Source: Pristiophorus japonicus (Eukaryota). Taken from it: DNA of 64,000 nucleotides. The notes beneath the pieces were generated by a model. That model ran no database searches, had not been told where the DNA came from, and saw only the letters and a list, made by a program, of their open reading frames with translations. The position numbers and the translations under genes were made by a program. Location: the NCBI RefSeq assembly GCF_044704955.1, contig NC_091999.1:58342001-58406000 (forward strand), read 5' to 3'. Shown here piece by piece: positions 63,948-64,000 of this stretch (positions within the stretch are counted from its first letter, which is position 1; each line of letters starts with the position of its first letter).

Positions 63948-64000
63948 GTCAGCTGTGACTTAGTGCGTAACACACTTGCCTCTGGGTCACAAGGTTGTGG
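63948..64000 (+). mobile_element. SacSINE1-like SINE head (runs off the window)
   Basis: gtcagctgtgacttagtg..taacacacttgcctctg.gtca.aaggttgtgg. Confidence 0.55.

Overview
Vertebrate genomic DNA, inferred to be from a cartilaginous fish (shark): it has a shark-type IgM constant region, a GPR139-like receptor, SacSINE1/DeuSINE-like SINEs and dense CR1 LINEs. No intact host protein gene was found; the window is a mosaic of decayed multigene-family members. Left to right: (1) a two-exon GPR139-like GPCR pseudogene (+, 2106-4986) with a degenerate hammerhead-ribozyme repeat in its intron; (2) a degenerate antigen-receptor V segment of TCR alpha/delta-like appearance with a 23-bp-spacer RSS and a candidate RSS-flanked D (+, ~8811-9310); (3) an IgM heavy-chain constant-region pseudogene (-; CH1-CH4, secretory tail, TM1, TM2; 12468-23004) that faces the V segment and is broken off inside CH1; (4) a ~18 kb tandem array of a tRNA-Leu(TAA)/Asp(GTC)/Ser(AGA) unit with co-amplified SINE and CR1 pieces (23450-41800); (5) two decayed retroviral-like remnants (-) with env-like fusion-protein sequences, one with a tRNA-Ser-type primer-binding site and no visible pol; (6) a near-identical 4.2 kb tandem duplication carrying C2H2 zinc-finger pseudogenes. 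All family assignments come from manual translation and motif recognition, not database searches.
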